DNA of 64,000 bases from a bacterium (lineage in GTDB: Bacteria > Electryoneota > RPQS01 > DYHQ01). The stretch is taken from contig JAUXGA010000003.1 of NCBI GenBank assembly GCA_030622545.1, forward strand, positions 86,748 through 150,747, in the 5' to 3' direction. Shown in pieces: positions 1 to 8,963 of this stretch. The translations under genes and the position numbers were made by a program. How positions within the stretch are numbered: position 1 is the stretch's first letter; the number at the start of each line of letters is the position of its first letter. The notes below the pieces were generated by a model, which did no database searches, was not told the origin of the DNA, and was given only the letters and a program-made list of their open reading frames with translations.

Positions 1-30
1 AACATCACGAAGCGCACGAGACAGTCTATG

Positions 31-1155
31 TCACTTTAGCAGGATGCACCTCTTCGTAGCGGTAAAATTTTCTGAAGACATCCGGTAGAAGTAAACTCCT
101 GAGCTGTATAACTCCGCGTTCCAAGTCACTGAATAAAAGCCGACCGAATGATTTTCTTCTACAAGAGTGGTAATGTTTCGACCGAGAATATCCCACACAT
201 CTATTCGCAGAGGAGTAGAGCGGGGAAGGAAGTATGAAATCGTCGTCTGCTGGTTGAAAGGGTCGGGGTAATTTTGAAATAGCTCGAATTCTTCCGGAAG
301 ATACCCCTGATTTGTTCCGCCTGTTTTAGAATCATCGAGAGAAAAGACGGTCATTACTCCGAGGTGATCAGAGCAATAGTGGCTGTTGTCGTAGGTTTCA
401 TCCATGACAATCAACGATGTGTCGATAGCGGCATTTCCGGTGTTGCGATAGAAGATGTAATCGATTCGGGATGTTGGTGCGCCGGCGGGGATGGTGTAGC
501 CATTTGCACCGGGATTTGCCTCAGCGAAAGTATCGTAGTAAAACGTATCCGAGCCTGTGCTTACTAAAAGCGATATGGGTTCAGAATCCGGCGTGCAATT
601 GAAATCTCCTCCAACAATAGCGGCAATGGATGGGAAATCTTCTTCCTTCTGCGAGATGTAGTCGATAATTTGTTCGACTTGTTGCACGCGAATATGATTG
701 TGTTCCGGTAAATATGAAAGGTGGGTGCTGAAAATATTGACCAATCCGATAGGAGAATCAACGTGATTCCAGACCACTTTGCGCAGGAACACTCCGCGCG
801 GCAGCGAATGAAATCCTTCTTCAATAACCGGATGTTTGCTGACAATACCCACACCTTCCCGAAATTCGTCCCACGCGATGTGAGTTTGACTGAACGTATA
901 ATGGTAGGGTATACCGAAGAAATCGCCTAACGAATCCGCGATGACGCGCGCCATGTTGTCTTCCCCGCCGCCATCGAGCGTTTCATTGATTTCCTGCATA
1001 CAGATGATGTCCGGATTTAGCTCCTTGAAGAACTGAACCATGAAATACAATCTCACCTGATAGTTCGTGCCGGGACGCATGCCCTGCAGGTTATAGGTCA
1101 CGACCTTTAGTTGCTCTTGTGCAAAGAGGGGTAGCGCAATCGCTATTGTAAACAC
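31..1155 (-). CDS. Endonuclease/exonuclease/phosphatase (EEP) family protein with a T9SS C-terminal sorting domain
   Basis: N-terminal signal peptide. EEP-like body. The C-terminus, LFQNYPDPFNQQTTISYF...GVYFYRM...ILLK, matches the T9SS tail seen in six other proteins here. Confidence 0.7.
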   Translation of the reverse strand: MFTIAIALPLFAQEQLKVVTYNLQGMRPGTNYQVRLYFMVQFFKELNPDIICMQEINETLDGGGEDNMARVIADSLGDFFGIPYHYTFSQTHIAWDEFREGVGIVSKHPVIEEGFHSLPRGVFLRKVVWNHVDSPIGLVNIFSTHLSYLPEHNHIRVQQVEQIIDYISQKEEDFPSIAAIVGGDFNCTPDSEPISLLVSTGSDTFYYDTFAEANPGANGYTIPAGAPTSRIDYIFYRNTGNAAIDTSLIVMDETYDNSHYCSDHLGVMTVFSLDDSKTGGTNQGYLPEEFELFQNYPDPFNQQTTISYFLPRSTPLRIDVWDILGRNITTLVEENHSVGFYSVTWNAELYSSGVYFYRMSSENFTATKRCILLK

Positions 1156-1220
1156 GAAAAAAATGATTCTTTTAATGTATAGCTCCGGTTTGGCCTACCC
1201 TCCTTTGAAGGAATGAAGGC

Positions 1221-1730
1221 TTACCAACGGTCGTAATGAATTCTCTCGGCTTTGAATCGCTCGGGGGTTGGTTTCTGCTCTGCAGGATAGCCAATGGAAA
1301 TGAGCGAAAATGGGATGATATGCTCGGGAAGCGTCAGCAGTTTTTGCATCGGTTCGATACGATTTACTTCCGGATAAATACCCACCCAAACAGCGCCCAA
1401 TCCTATTGCGTGTGCTGCGAGCAGAAGATTTTGCGTAGCGGCGGAGCAATCCAACATCCAGCGGTCTTTGTATTTTTCTAAAGTGGGATCTCCGCATATT
1501 AGAATTGCGAGAGGAGCATGTTTCAACATTTTACCATGTTGGTGAAACGCGGCAATGGCGTCGAGAATCTTGCGCTCTTTAATAACAAGAAAATGCCACG
1601 GTTGCGCATTCCCTGAGGACGGCGCCATCATCGCGGCGGCCAAAAGTTCGCGGATGATGTCGTCCGAGACCGGCTGGTTTGTGTATTTTCGTATGCTTCG
1701 TCGAGTGTGAATCGCTTCAATGGTGTCCAT
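1221..1730 (-). CDS. Nitroreductase family protein
   Basis: 169 aa. RRSIRKY motif near the N-terminus and typical nitroreductase fold signatures (PSSGNAQPW). Confidence 0.8.
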   Translation of the reverse strand: MDTIEAIHTRRSIRKYTNQPVSDDIIRELLAAAMMAPSSGNAQPWHFLVIKERKILDAIAAFHQHGKMLKHAPLAILICGDPTLEKYKDRWMLDCSAATQNLLLAAHAIGLGAVWVGIYPEVNRIEPMQKLLTLPEHIIPFSLISIGYPAEQKPTPERFKAERIHYDRW

Positions 1731-1751
1731 GAGAGACCTCGCACAGAATTA

Positions 1752-2066
1752 TCAGATATCTTCGACCAGGAGCAATCTCGCGACATCGGTTAAGGCTTTT
1801 GCCATATGTTTGCCCTTTTCTCCTGCCGGGATGAACAGGCCATCGCCGGGTTTGAAAGTCACAACTGTTCCGCTGAAGTCGATTTCCAATTCTCCTTCAA
1901 GAAGCATCCCAATATGACCTCTGGTGCACCAGTCAGGCTCCACGAATTCCTTAGAGAATTCGACAAGCCGAAGCTGTCTTCCGTCTTGTTTGTGAACTTT
2001 GAAGCGGACACCGGGCGCAGGTTCTGTCCACGGAAGGGAATCGAAGTCAATCCGGTAGTTTTCCAC
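1752..2066 (-). CDS. Cupin domain protein
   Basis: 104 aa, small beta-barrel cupin-like sequence. Tightly spaced with flanking minus-strand genes. Confidence 0.5.
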   Translation of the reverse strand: MENYRIDFDSLPWTEPAPGVRFKVHKQDGRQLRLVEFSKEFVEPDWCTRGHIGMLLEGELEIDFSGTVVTFKPGDGLFIPAGEKGKHMAKALTDVARLLLVEDI

Positions 2067-2075
2067 GGCCTCCTC

Positions 2076-2600
2076 CTATTTTTGCTCTGGGACGACATAG
2101 GCATAAAGCAACTGATCAATGATCTTTCCATCTTTGACAACGCTTCGGCGCATTCGACCTTCGAAGACATAGCCAGCTTTTTCCAGCACGCGAAAAGACG
2201 CATGGTTCCATTCGTAAGGGACTGCATAGACTCGCGTCAGTTCGTGTTCTTGTACGGCGTAGCGAGTAACCGCCCGGAGCGCTTCGGTGGTTATGCCGCG
2301 ATTCCAGAAAGTTTCTCCGAGCCAATAGCCGATTTCCGCCGACACGCGTTCAACATCTGTATGCAAACCGAATCCGATTCCACCAACGGCCTGACCATTC
2401 ACCGCAATCGCAAAGAGAGTTTCGGGGTTTTGTTCGCGAGCCATTTTGATGAAAGCTTGCGCATCATTCCGAGTATATGGATGCGGGAATCCATCGCGAA
2501 GGTTGAGCCATACCTTTCGATTGTTCGCATGGAACGGCAGGGAATCCGCATCGGCTTCGCACCATGACCTTACGTCACATTTTTCGAGTTGAATGAGCAT
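2076..2600 (-). CDS. GNAT family N-acetyltransferase (RimJ/RimL-like)
   Basis: 174 aa. GNAT acetyl-CoA binding region (...GYWLGETFWNRGITTEAL...). Confidence 0.75.
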   Translation of the reverse strand: MLIQLEKCDVRSWCEADADSLPFHANNRKVWLNLRDGFPHPYTRNDAQAFIKMAREQNPETLFAIAVNGQAVGGIGFGLHTDVERVSAEIGYWLGETFWNRGITTEALRAVTRYAVQEHELTRVYAVPYEWNHASFRVLEKAGYVFEGRMRRSVVKDGKIIDQLLYAYVVPEQK

Positions 2601-2611
2601 GTTTCTGCAGA

Positions 2612-3682
2612 TCAGTCTTTGCCATATAAAGTGGATTCGATTCTTGGAAAAAGCATCAACGCAATTTCATCATAATTCGAGAGTATGATAATAGTGTAGT
2701 TGTCTCCTAAAATATGATTGAAGCTGGCGCTGACACCCGGTGCGCCGCCCATCCCACCATAAATTTCCTTACCGCAAAAGCTTCTTTCAGCCGGGATGAA
2801 TGCTGGGCCATAAGCGAACGGGCCGTCTTGAGGGGTGAACCATAATTTACCGTATTCTTCGGATAGCAATGTGTTGTTCTGCAATGCTAAATCGAATTTC
2901 AACATATCCAAAACAGTGCTGTATGCTCCGCCATCGGAAAATGCGGGCGGTTCCAAAAACGCATTATTTATCATTGAACCGGAATCATCTTTGACATAAC
3001 CGGTCGCTCTGTTTTCAACGATCTGCTCTTTGTAGAATATTCCGGTATTATTCATCCCTGAAGGCAGCCAGATATTCTCTTTTAGATAGGCATCGTATTT
3101 TTCTCCGGATACTTTCTCGATAATCGCTCCCAACACAATATAGCCGGAGTTGGAGTAACCAAATCGTTCTCCCGGTTCGGATTCCAAAGTCTCGTCCTCT
3201 ATCAGCGGCAGGACATCATCTATTGAGCGGTAGAGGTGTTTTTTATCTGCATAATCTGGATGTGTCATGTAATTGGAAAGTCCGGACGTGTGCAGCAGTA
3301 GCTGGTGTATGGTGATTTTTTTCGATTTATCCTCCGGGAAATCCGGCAGGTATTTGTCGATGGAATCGGTCAAATCCAGTTTGCCCGCTTGAGCAAATTG
3401 GAGAATGGCAATCGAGGTGAAAAACTTGCCGATAGAGCCGATGTTGAATTTCGTTTCCACTTTGTTGGGAATATTGAAATCCTTATCGGCCATACCGAAA
3501 GATTCAGAATAAATAACTTCACCGTCTTTTGCGATGAGCACGTTGCCTGAAAATTGATCAGATTCAGAGTATTCTTTCATTAAATTGTCAACTCTCTGAA
3601 TTGCAGGGCCTTGTCCATAACCCATTAAAGGCAAAGAGATCAACATGATGAGTGCTAAGGTGGCGATCTTTGGGATTTGCAC
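2612..3682 (-). CDS. Serine hydrolase, beta-lactamase/PBP-like family
   Basis: Signal peptide. S-x-x-K motif (SIGKF). Class C beta-lactamase/esterase-like length and sequence. Confidence 0.75.
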   Translation of the reverse strand: MQIPKIATLALIMLISLPLMGYGQGPAIQRVDNLMKEYSESDQFSGNVLIAKDGEVIYSESFGMADKDFNIPNKVETKFNIGSIGKFFTSIAILQFAQAGKLDLTDSIDKYLPDFPEDKSKKITIHQLLLHTSGLSNYMTHPDYADKKHLYRSIDDVLPLIEDETLESEPGERFGYSNSGYIVLGAIIEKVSGEKYDAYLKENIWLPSGMNNTGIFYKEQIVENRATGYVKDDSGSMINNAFLEPPAFSDGGAYSTVLDMLKFDLALQNNTLLSEEYGKLWFTPQDGPFAYGPAFIPAERSFCGKEIYGGMGGAPGVSASFNHILGDNYTIIILSNYDEIALMLFPRIESTLYGKD

Positions 3683-3815
3683 GGTGTCTCCTGTAATTTT
3701 TGTTAAAGAGAAAGGAATAGCGTGAACACTCAGAGAATTTAGACAGGCAGGCGCGCGAAATGTTTCAAAGACAGATCATCAATTGCTTGGGATATATAAG
3801 CGACGAGGTAGAAGT

Positions 3816-4781
3816 TTACTCCCACCACTCTCCCGCAAAGAATATTTTGGAATCGTCACTGGAAAAAACAGGCGTGTGGCACAAGAACTCGGCAGGGAAA
3901 TAGTCGGGCGTGATGTTACGGTTGTCTGCTCCGTCGGCATTCATCATGTAGATATCGTATTTTCCCTCGATACCAATCGCCGCGACGATAAAAACGATTT
4001 TATCTCCTGCGTGAGACCAACTCGCGAGACCTTGCGAGTAACCCGTGTCCGTAAGGCGCGTTTCTCCGCTGCCGTAAGGATTTATGACATAGATGTTGTA
4101 ATTGCCATGAACGCTGCTGTCGCCTTCCAACCGCTCAAAGACAATCTGTGTGCCATCCGGATTCCAGCGGGGATCGTAATCGCCGAAAGGGAGATTCGCG
4201 TTTCCCCATTCTCCCGCACGGGGAGGGTCGGTGATTTGAGTGAGTTCCGTTCCGTCAGTTTTTATACTCCAAATCTGACTGAAAGCCGTGAAAGCGATTT
4301 TGTCGATTCCCCAGTGAGGATCCGAATCGTGAGAGCCTGAATCATAGAGCTCCCGGATATTACTGCCGTCAGCATTCATTATATAGAGATCCAAATTCTC
4401 ATACCACGCAAGAAAGGCAATCTGCGTATCGGCAGGTGACCAGGTGGGGCAAAGATCGTAAATATTGTTGTTCGTGAGTCTTTCGAAACCTTCACCATCT
4501 ACACCAATGGTACAAATCTCATTGTGTTCATCGCTACTGCCGTCAATTTTTTGGTAGAAGATAAATCTGTCTCCGGCACGGTTAAGCTCCAGCCGGGAAA
4601 ACGCCTGAGGAGAACTGATGAGTAATTCGACGTCCCCTGTCGCGATGTCGAGAGCATAGATTCCCCACCTATCTTCATGCGGTACAGACCTGCTGACTGG
4701 AGACGTTGATTTGTTTTCAGAACATCCTGCAGATAGAATGATGAAGCATAGAATCATTAAGAAGAGACGCAAGGAAGACAT
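3816..4781 (-). CDS. TolB-like beta-propeller lipoprotein (PD40/WD40-like repeats)
   Basis: Lipoprotein-type signal (…LSAGCSEN). Repeated motifs such as DPRWNPDGTQIVF, PTWSPADTQIAF and HWGIDKIAF. Confidence 0.6.
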   Translation of the reverse strand: MSSLRLFLMILCFIILSAGCSENKSTSPVSRSVPHEDRWGIYALDIATGDVELLISSPQAFSRLELNRAGDRFIFYQKIDGSSDEHNEICTIGVDGEGFERLTNNNIYDLCPTWSPADTQIAFLAWYENLDLYIMNADGSNIRELYDSGSHDSDPHWGIDKIAFTAFSQIWSIKTDGTELTQITDPPRAGEWGNANLPFGDYDPRWNPDGTQIVFERLEGDSSVHGNYNIYVINPYGSGETRLTDTGYSQGLASWSHAGDKIVFIVAAIGIEGKYDIYMMNADGADNRNITPDYFPAEFLCHTPVFSSDDSKIFFAGEWWE

Positions 4782-4812
4782 TTTATTCCTCTTTTATGTA
4801 TTTTCAAGAATG

Positions 4813-5268
4813 TTATTTTGGTAATTTGCCCAGCAGTTTCCATAGCCAGCGATGAATCGCATGAATGGATGTCACCGGTTGCGCGTGCAATAGAATACAT
4901 TCACCGTGAACGACGCTGATGCTGTTTTCTTCGCAGAAGCTGATGGCTGAGGGTGATTCGGCTCCCGGTTGCATCCAAATCCGATGGATTCCCGCTTCCG
5001 CGGCGTTGCGCACCACCTGTTCTGTTTGAGCCGGTGGGACGACAACCACGACTCCTCCGACGGTTTCGGGCAGCGCGGTCAGACTCGGATAGCACGGCTG
5101 CCCTTCAAAAATTTCCATGTGCGGACTAACCGGATAAACTTGATACCCCTTCTTCGTCAGGTCTCTATGTACAATATTTCCGAACTTCCTTGTTTTTCGA
5201 GATACTCCAACGACGGCCAATTTGCGTTGCGACAGGAAGTCGTCGATAATCTTCTTCGTTACCATCAA
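4813..5268 (-). CDS. CoA-binding domain protein (YccU/YneT-like)
   Basis: 151 aa with a Rossmann-type N-terminus, LAVVGVSRK...GYQVYPV. Confidence 0.65.
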   Translation of the reverse strand: MMVTKKIIDDFLSQRKLAVVGVSRKTRKFGNIVHRDLTKKGYQVYPVSPHMEIFEGQPCYPSLTALPETVGGVVVVVPPAQTEQVVRNAAEAGIHRIWMQPGAESPSAISFCEENSISVVHGECILLHAQPVTSIHAIHRWLWKLLGKLPK

Positions 5269-5580
5269 TCATCTCCAATAGTGGATGGCCGGGTTATCAA
5301 TTCAGTTCAGTGTATAATTAAAGATTTAGACCCTGATTCAGCGATGAGGAAAATTGCAATTATCTACATGAACCCGGCTCGGCGAGATATGGGTTACGCG
5401 CGATAGCATCGTCGGTTGCGCCATTGCTGGTCTGGAGACCAACAACGGCGAGATAACCCGACTCGCGAGGGAATATTTTTCTATGCTAATACAATTTATA
5501 TCAATTCGCTTGCAAAAGCAATCGAAAAGCGTGCGTGTAGGCGATGCAAGTGTTTCGCCCATAACATGAAACACAAAAAA

Positions 5581-5618
5581 GACCGAGAGAAAAATTACTC
5601 TCTCGGCCATATCAGTTT
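5581..5618. terminator. Hairpin terminator downstream of the EF-hand gene
   Basis: CCGAGAGA-N8-TCTCTCGG stem with an A-run before and a T-run after. Likely bidirectional. Confidence 0.5.
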
Positions 5619-5717
5619 GTTTTTTATTGGATTCTTAATACATTCGACACTGCTGCAACCAGATAAACAGCTCTGGCTACAGCAGTGATTTTTTAGCCCA
5701 GGATGTGGAGGTTAGGG

Positions 5718-6770
5718 CTATTTCGACAACATCATTTTCTGGATAGATACCGCTTCACCTGTACGGAGTCGTGCGAAATAGGTGCCGGACGCAAGACCAG
5801 TTCCAAGAAAGGTAAACGAGTAATCACCAGGGGACAGCGATCCGTCATGCAGCGTCTCGACCAAGCGGCCGTTGATATCGTAAATGGAAAGCTTGACGTC
5901 GGCGGTTTCCTGCAGCGATATTTTCAAGTTCGTAGTCGGATTGAAGGGGTTGGGATAGACCGGATGCAATGTCGCATTGGCCGACGCAGCGGATGGGCTG
6001 TCAGGCGGCTCGATGTTCGGATTATTCCCGAAGCGTCCATCTCCAAACCTGTTCCTCATCCGTTCATGCATTGCCTGCGCTTCTTCGAATTGAACATAGC
6101 CGTCGCCGTTGGCATCAGCTCTTTGGAACCTCTCCTGAATTCTGTTTGCCCTGCGCATCTCACATCCCACCTCGAACTCGTCGAAGCTCAGCTTACCGTC
6201 GCCGTTAACATCTCTCTGGTTGAACATATCTGGCGGCGGCGGGTTGTTTCCGCGTCTTCCTTGTCTTTTAGCGCGCATCGCTAATGCTTCTTCATGTTGA
6301 ATGTAGCTGTCGCCATTGGTATCAATCCTTTGGAATCTCTCCTGAGCCCTGTTTCTTCTGCGCATTTCGCATCGCGCTCCGAATTCTTCGAAGCTTAGTT
6401 TACCGTCACCGTTAACATCTCTCTGGTTGAACATATCCGGCGGAGGCGGATTGTTTCCGCGTCTTCCCTGTCTCCGGGCGCACATTGTCTGTGCTTCTTC
6501 ACGTTGAATGTAGCCATCGCCGTTAGCATCGGCCCTTTGGAAATTTTCTTGAGCTCTCTCCGCTCTGCGGTTTTCATGCCCGCCTTTGAACTCTTCGAAG
6601 TTCAGTTTGCCGTCGCCGTTGAGGTCAAAGTTGCTGAACCGCTGTTCAGGATTGCAGTCGCGCCCGCCTCTGAATTGAGCATAACCAGCGGCGCTGATAA
6701 CAAAAAGCGCCAGCAGTGCTGTTAGAGACAGGTAAATCAGCGCATTGCGTTTTGATTTGATTTTTAACAT
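5718..6770 (-). CDS. Secreted EF-hand calcium-binding repeat protein with a T9SS C-terminal sorting domain
   Basis: Signal peptide begins at the internal Met MLKIKSKRNALIYLSLTALLALFV. Multiple DxNGDGxxxxEE EF-hand loops. The tail PVYPNPFNPTTNLKIS...GTYFARL...MMLSK is a T9SS sorting domain. The ORF track extends to 6824. Confidence 0.7.
   Translation of the reverse strand: MLKIKSKRNALIYLSLTALLALFVISAAGYAQFRGGRDCNPEQRFSNFDLNGDGKLNFEEFKGGHENRRAERAQENFQRADANGDGYIQREEAQTMCARRQGRRGNNPPPPDMFNQRDVNGDGKLSFEEFGARCEMRRRNRAQERFQRIDTNGDSYIQHEEALAMRAKRQGRRGNNPPPPDMFNQRDVNGDGKLSFDEFEVGCEMRRANRIQERFQRADANGDGYVQFEEAQAMHERMRNRFGDGRFGNNPNIEPPDSPSAASANATLHPVYPNPFNPTTNLKISLQETADVKLSIYDINGRLVETLHDGSLSPGDYSFTFLGTGLASGTYFARLRTGEAVSIQKMMLSK
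5980..6640. repeat. In-frame tandem repeats of about 207 bp (69 aa) inside the EF-hand gene
   Basis: The unit DMFNQRDVNGDGKLSFEEF...RQGRRGNNPPPP occurs twice nearly identically, plus a diverged third copy. Near-identical DNA blocks sit about 207 nt apart, for example around 6181 and 6388. Confidence 0.8.
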
Positions 6771-6953
6771 GGTAAGACCCTTTCTTCCATATGTTATGTT
6801 TTGTGATTTTTGCTTCCCGTTCACCCATTAGACGAACCCAACGTCTGGTTTATTCCACCGCTAATTTGCCCGGAATGCAAAAAAAACCGGAGGCGAATCT
6901 CATTGACGAGATTGTCGTCTCCGGTGGAATTCCCCGCACAGCTTTAAACGTTA

Positions 6954-7373
6954 TCAGCGTCTTCGACCGCGTCCCATTCGCTCATGTTTCATAGGTCGCC
7001 CCATTCTCTCGGCGCGGGCTCGCCTATCACCGATGTGTTTTTCAAGTCGGGCCTTCTGCCTGTCGGTGAGTAATGGTTGAAGTTCTGCAAACATGGAATC
7101 CATCACAGCGTGCATCTCAAATCGTGTTTCGCGGGTCAGATTTCGGACTTTCGAGGCTGTTTCCTCCACGATAGCCGTGACCGCTTCCCGCTGGTCAGCT
7201 TCCAGCGGCTCTATAATTTTAATCAGTCGGATAGACAACATATCCGGTCTTATCATATTATCGATTCTGCGATATCGACTGTCCGCGAGAGTTCTTGCCA
7301 TGAGCGCGCCCAATACAATTCCGATCAGCAGAGTGCCGATGATAATTAGTGCAGGTTTTACTTGAAGATTCAT
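6954..7373 (-). CDS. Periplasmic LTXXQ-motif protein (CpxP/Spy-like) with an N-terminal membrane anchor
   Basis: Two LTxxQ-like motifs (LEADQREAV and LTDRQKARL). Last gene of the sigma/anti-sigma operon. Confidence 0.5.
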   Translation of the reverse strand: MNLQVKPALIIIGTLLIGIVLGALMARTLADSRYRRIDNMIRPDMLSIRLIKIIEPLEADQREAVTAIVEETASKVRNLTRETRFEMHAVMDSMFAELQPLLTDRQKARLEKHIGDRRARAERMGRPMKHERMGRGRRR

Positions 7374-7720
7374 AGCGCATCCGTAAGGTTATAGTTAGCG
7401 ATTGATGACTCGATGGTCACAGCAGGCAAGGCCAGAGCCGCTTCAAGAGTTGAACGGCCGTTTCCCAGCGAATGTTGACTGGATATATTATAGGCGGCCA
7501 GAGCTACGATAAGAATCACAGCCGCCACAGCTACCCGCCGAAATACCCAAGCTAACGCTCGCGTGAAAGACTCTTCTGCTGCCGGGCTGGCATTGATTCG
7601 ATTCATGACGCGGGCGGAGAAGAACGGTTTGAACGAGTCCTCTGTATTCTCTCGAATCAGTTGAGCGAGATGTTCTTCTTCGCCAGCTCGTTTCGTATTA
7701 GATTTCTTTCCATTTTTCAT
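7370..7720 (-). CDS. Putative membrane-anchored anti-sigma factor
   Basis: Immediately downstream of the ECF sigma with a 4-nt overlap with the next gene. Single TM segment (VAVAAVILIVALAAY). Confidence 0.4.
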   Translation of the reverse strand: MKNGKKSNTKRAGEEEHLAQLIRENTEDSFKPFFSARVMNRINASPAAEESFTRALAWVFRRVAVAAVILIVALAAYNISSQHSLGNGRSTLEAALALPAVTIESSIANYNLTDAL

Positions 7721-7743
7721 AAGAAATAATTCCCCTAATTTCT

Positions 7744-8388
7744 CTATTCGCCCATGAATGGACGGAGTTGTTGTTTCAGTTTTTCCTGCGCTCTCGAAAG
7801 GCGAGACAGCACCGTCCCCAACGGTATCCCAAGTAATTCAGCGGTTTCTTTCGTGGAATAGCCGTTAATCATGCGCATCACAACGACCGCTCGATGTTTC
7901 GGATCCAACGATTGAATGGCGCGCTGCACAAGTTCCTTTCGTTCGCGAGCATCGATTTCCTTTTCGCCCTGCACCACAAGTTCATCCGGCAGCACTTCCT
8001 TCTCTTCATAGTTCCAGAAGCGCAATTTGCTTCTCTTCCTTCGCCTGAGCGCGTCCAGCGAGAGGTTGATAGCAATTCGGGTCAGATACGTTCCGATTTT
8101 TGCATCTCCGCGAAATTTGCCAAGAGAATGGTAAAATTTGATAAACGTTTCCTGCCCGACGTCCTCCGCATCATCTCCCTTGCCAAGCATGCCTATTACC
8201 GTGGCAGCCACAAGCGATTCATAGCGCTCCACAAGCTCTTTGAAAGCGGCCTGCTGACCTTCGCGGGCTTGGGCAAGCAATTCCGCATCCGGCTCATTGC
8301 CACTCCTTGGTCTTCGCTTATTAGACGAATCGCTCGAACGATTTATTCCCAAAGCAGTTATATCCAGTCTTTTCTGTGGCCAGCCCAT
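7744..8388 (-). CDS. RNA polymerase ECF-type sigma-70 factor
   Basis: Sigma-70 region 2 (…AEDVGQETFIKFYHSL…) and a region 4 HTH (YSTKETAELLGIPLGTVLSRLSRA). Confidence 0.85.
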   Translation of the reverse strand: MGWPQKRLDITALGINRSSDSSNKRRPRSGNEPDAELLAQAREGQQAAFKELVERYESLVAATVIGMLGKGDDAEDVGQETFIKFYHSLGKFRGDAKIGTYLTRIAINLSLDALRRRKRSKLRFWNYEEKEVLPDELVVQGEKEIDARERKELVQRAIQSLDPKHRAVVVMRMINGYSTKETAELLGIPLGTVLSRLSRAQEKLKQQLRPFMGE

Positions 8389-8702
8389 GTATCCTACAAC
8401 GCTACGGCTTCTTCTTTTCCATTCTCATAATTAGACGTGGTGAAGACTTGATTTATTCCATGCGGCAGCCAAAATCCAGATTTCAACAATGAATATACAA
8501 AATACCGATGAAAAAATCCAAACCTGCGAACGCACAGTATAAGAATTTGATAATTATTGCGTTAAAGAAGCTGGTGGTGTGGCAGGATAAGGAGAAGGCA
8601 GAAGGTATTTCTATTGTCTGGCTTTGGAAATAAAAATGCGGCGCACCATGCAACCGCAATAAACCACCCCTATCGCCACTTATTAGATAATACACAAGCA
8701 CT

Positions 8703-8727
8703 TACATTGAGCGGCTGACGGGACTCG
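8703..8727 (-). repeat. 25-nt copy of the tRNA-Gly 3' end; att-like direct repeat (putative attR) of an island ending at 16471
   Basis: TGAGCGGCTGACGGGACTCGAACCC is identical to 16447-16471. The flanking sequence diverges immediately and no complete tRNA can be folded here. Confidence 0.7.
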
Positions 8728-8844
8728 AACCCTACAGATTAACGCCCTCTAAGCCCTGTAAAATCAACAGTTACAAAATCTTCGCTTACTCTTAAGAGTG
8801 TCCTCCAGTGTGACGTAAATTGCTGTTCTTTGCTCTGGATTCTC

Positions 8845-8871
8845 CAAAAAACAGTACATTTTCAGTACAGG
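8845..8871. promoter_or_regulatory. Paired CAGTACA motifs (aaaaaacagtacattttcagtacagg); candidate integrase arm-type sites
   Basis: It shares the exact 15-mer aaaaacagtacattt with 30260-30274, which lies between integrase 2 and the tmRNA 3' end. Confidence 0.4.
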
Positions 8872-8963
8872 AAAGTAGAGGAAAGAACTTCGTCCACAGT
8901 CTCTTGAGACTCCTAAGTCTGTTCAATCTTGACGTTCATGAGCTGGACCAGTCAGAACATGAT

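Noticed and set aside
8701-8790. Possible second tRNA gene at 8703, which begins like a tRNA 3' end
   Set aside because: Only the terminal 25 nt (acceptor 3' strand plus T-arm 3' half) match. No complementary 5' acceptor strand (CAGCCGC on the plus strand) and no D or anticodon arm can be found. It is interpreted as an att-site repeat, not a gene.
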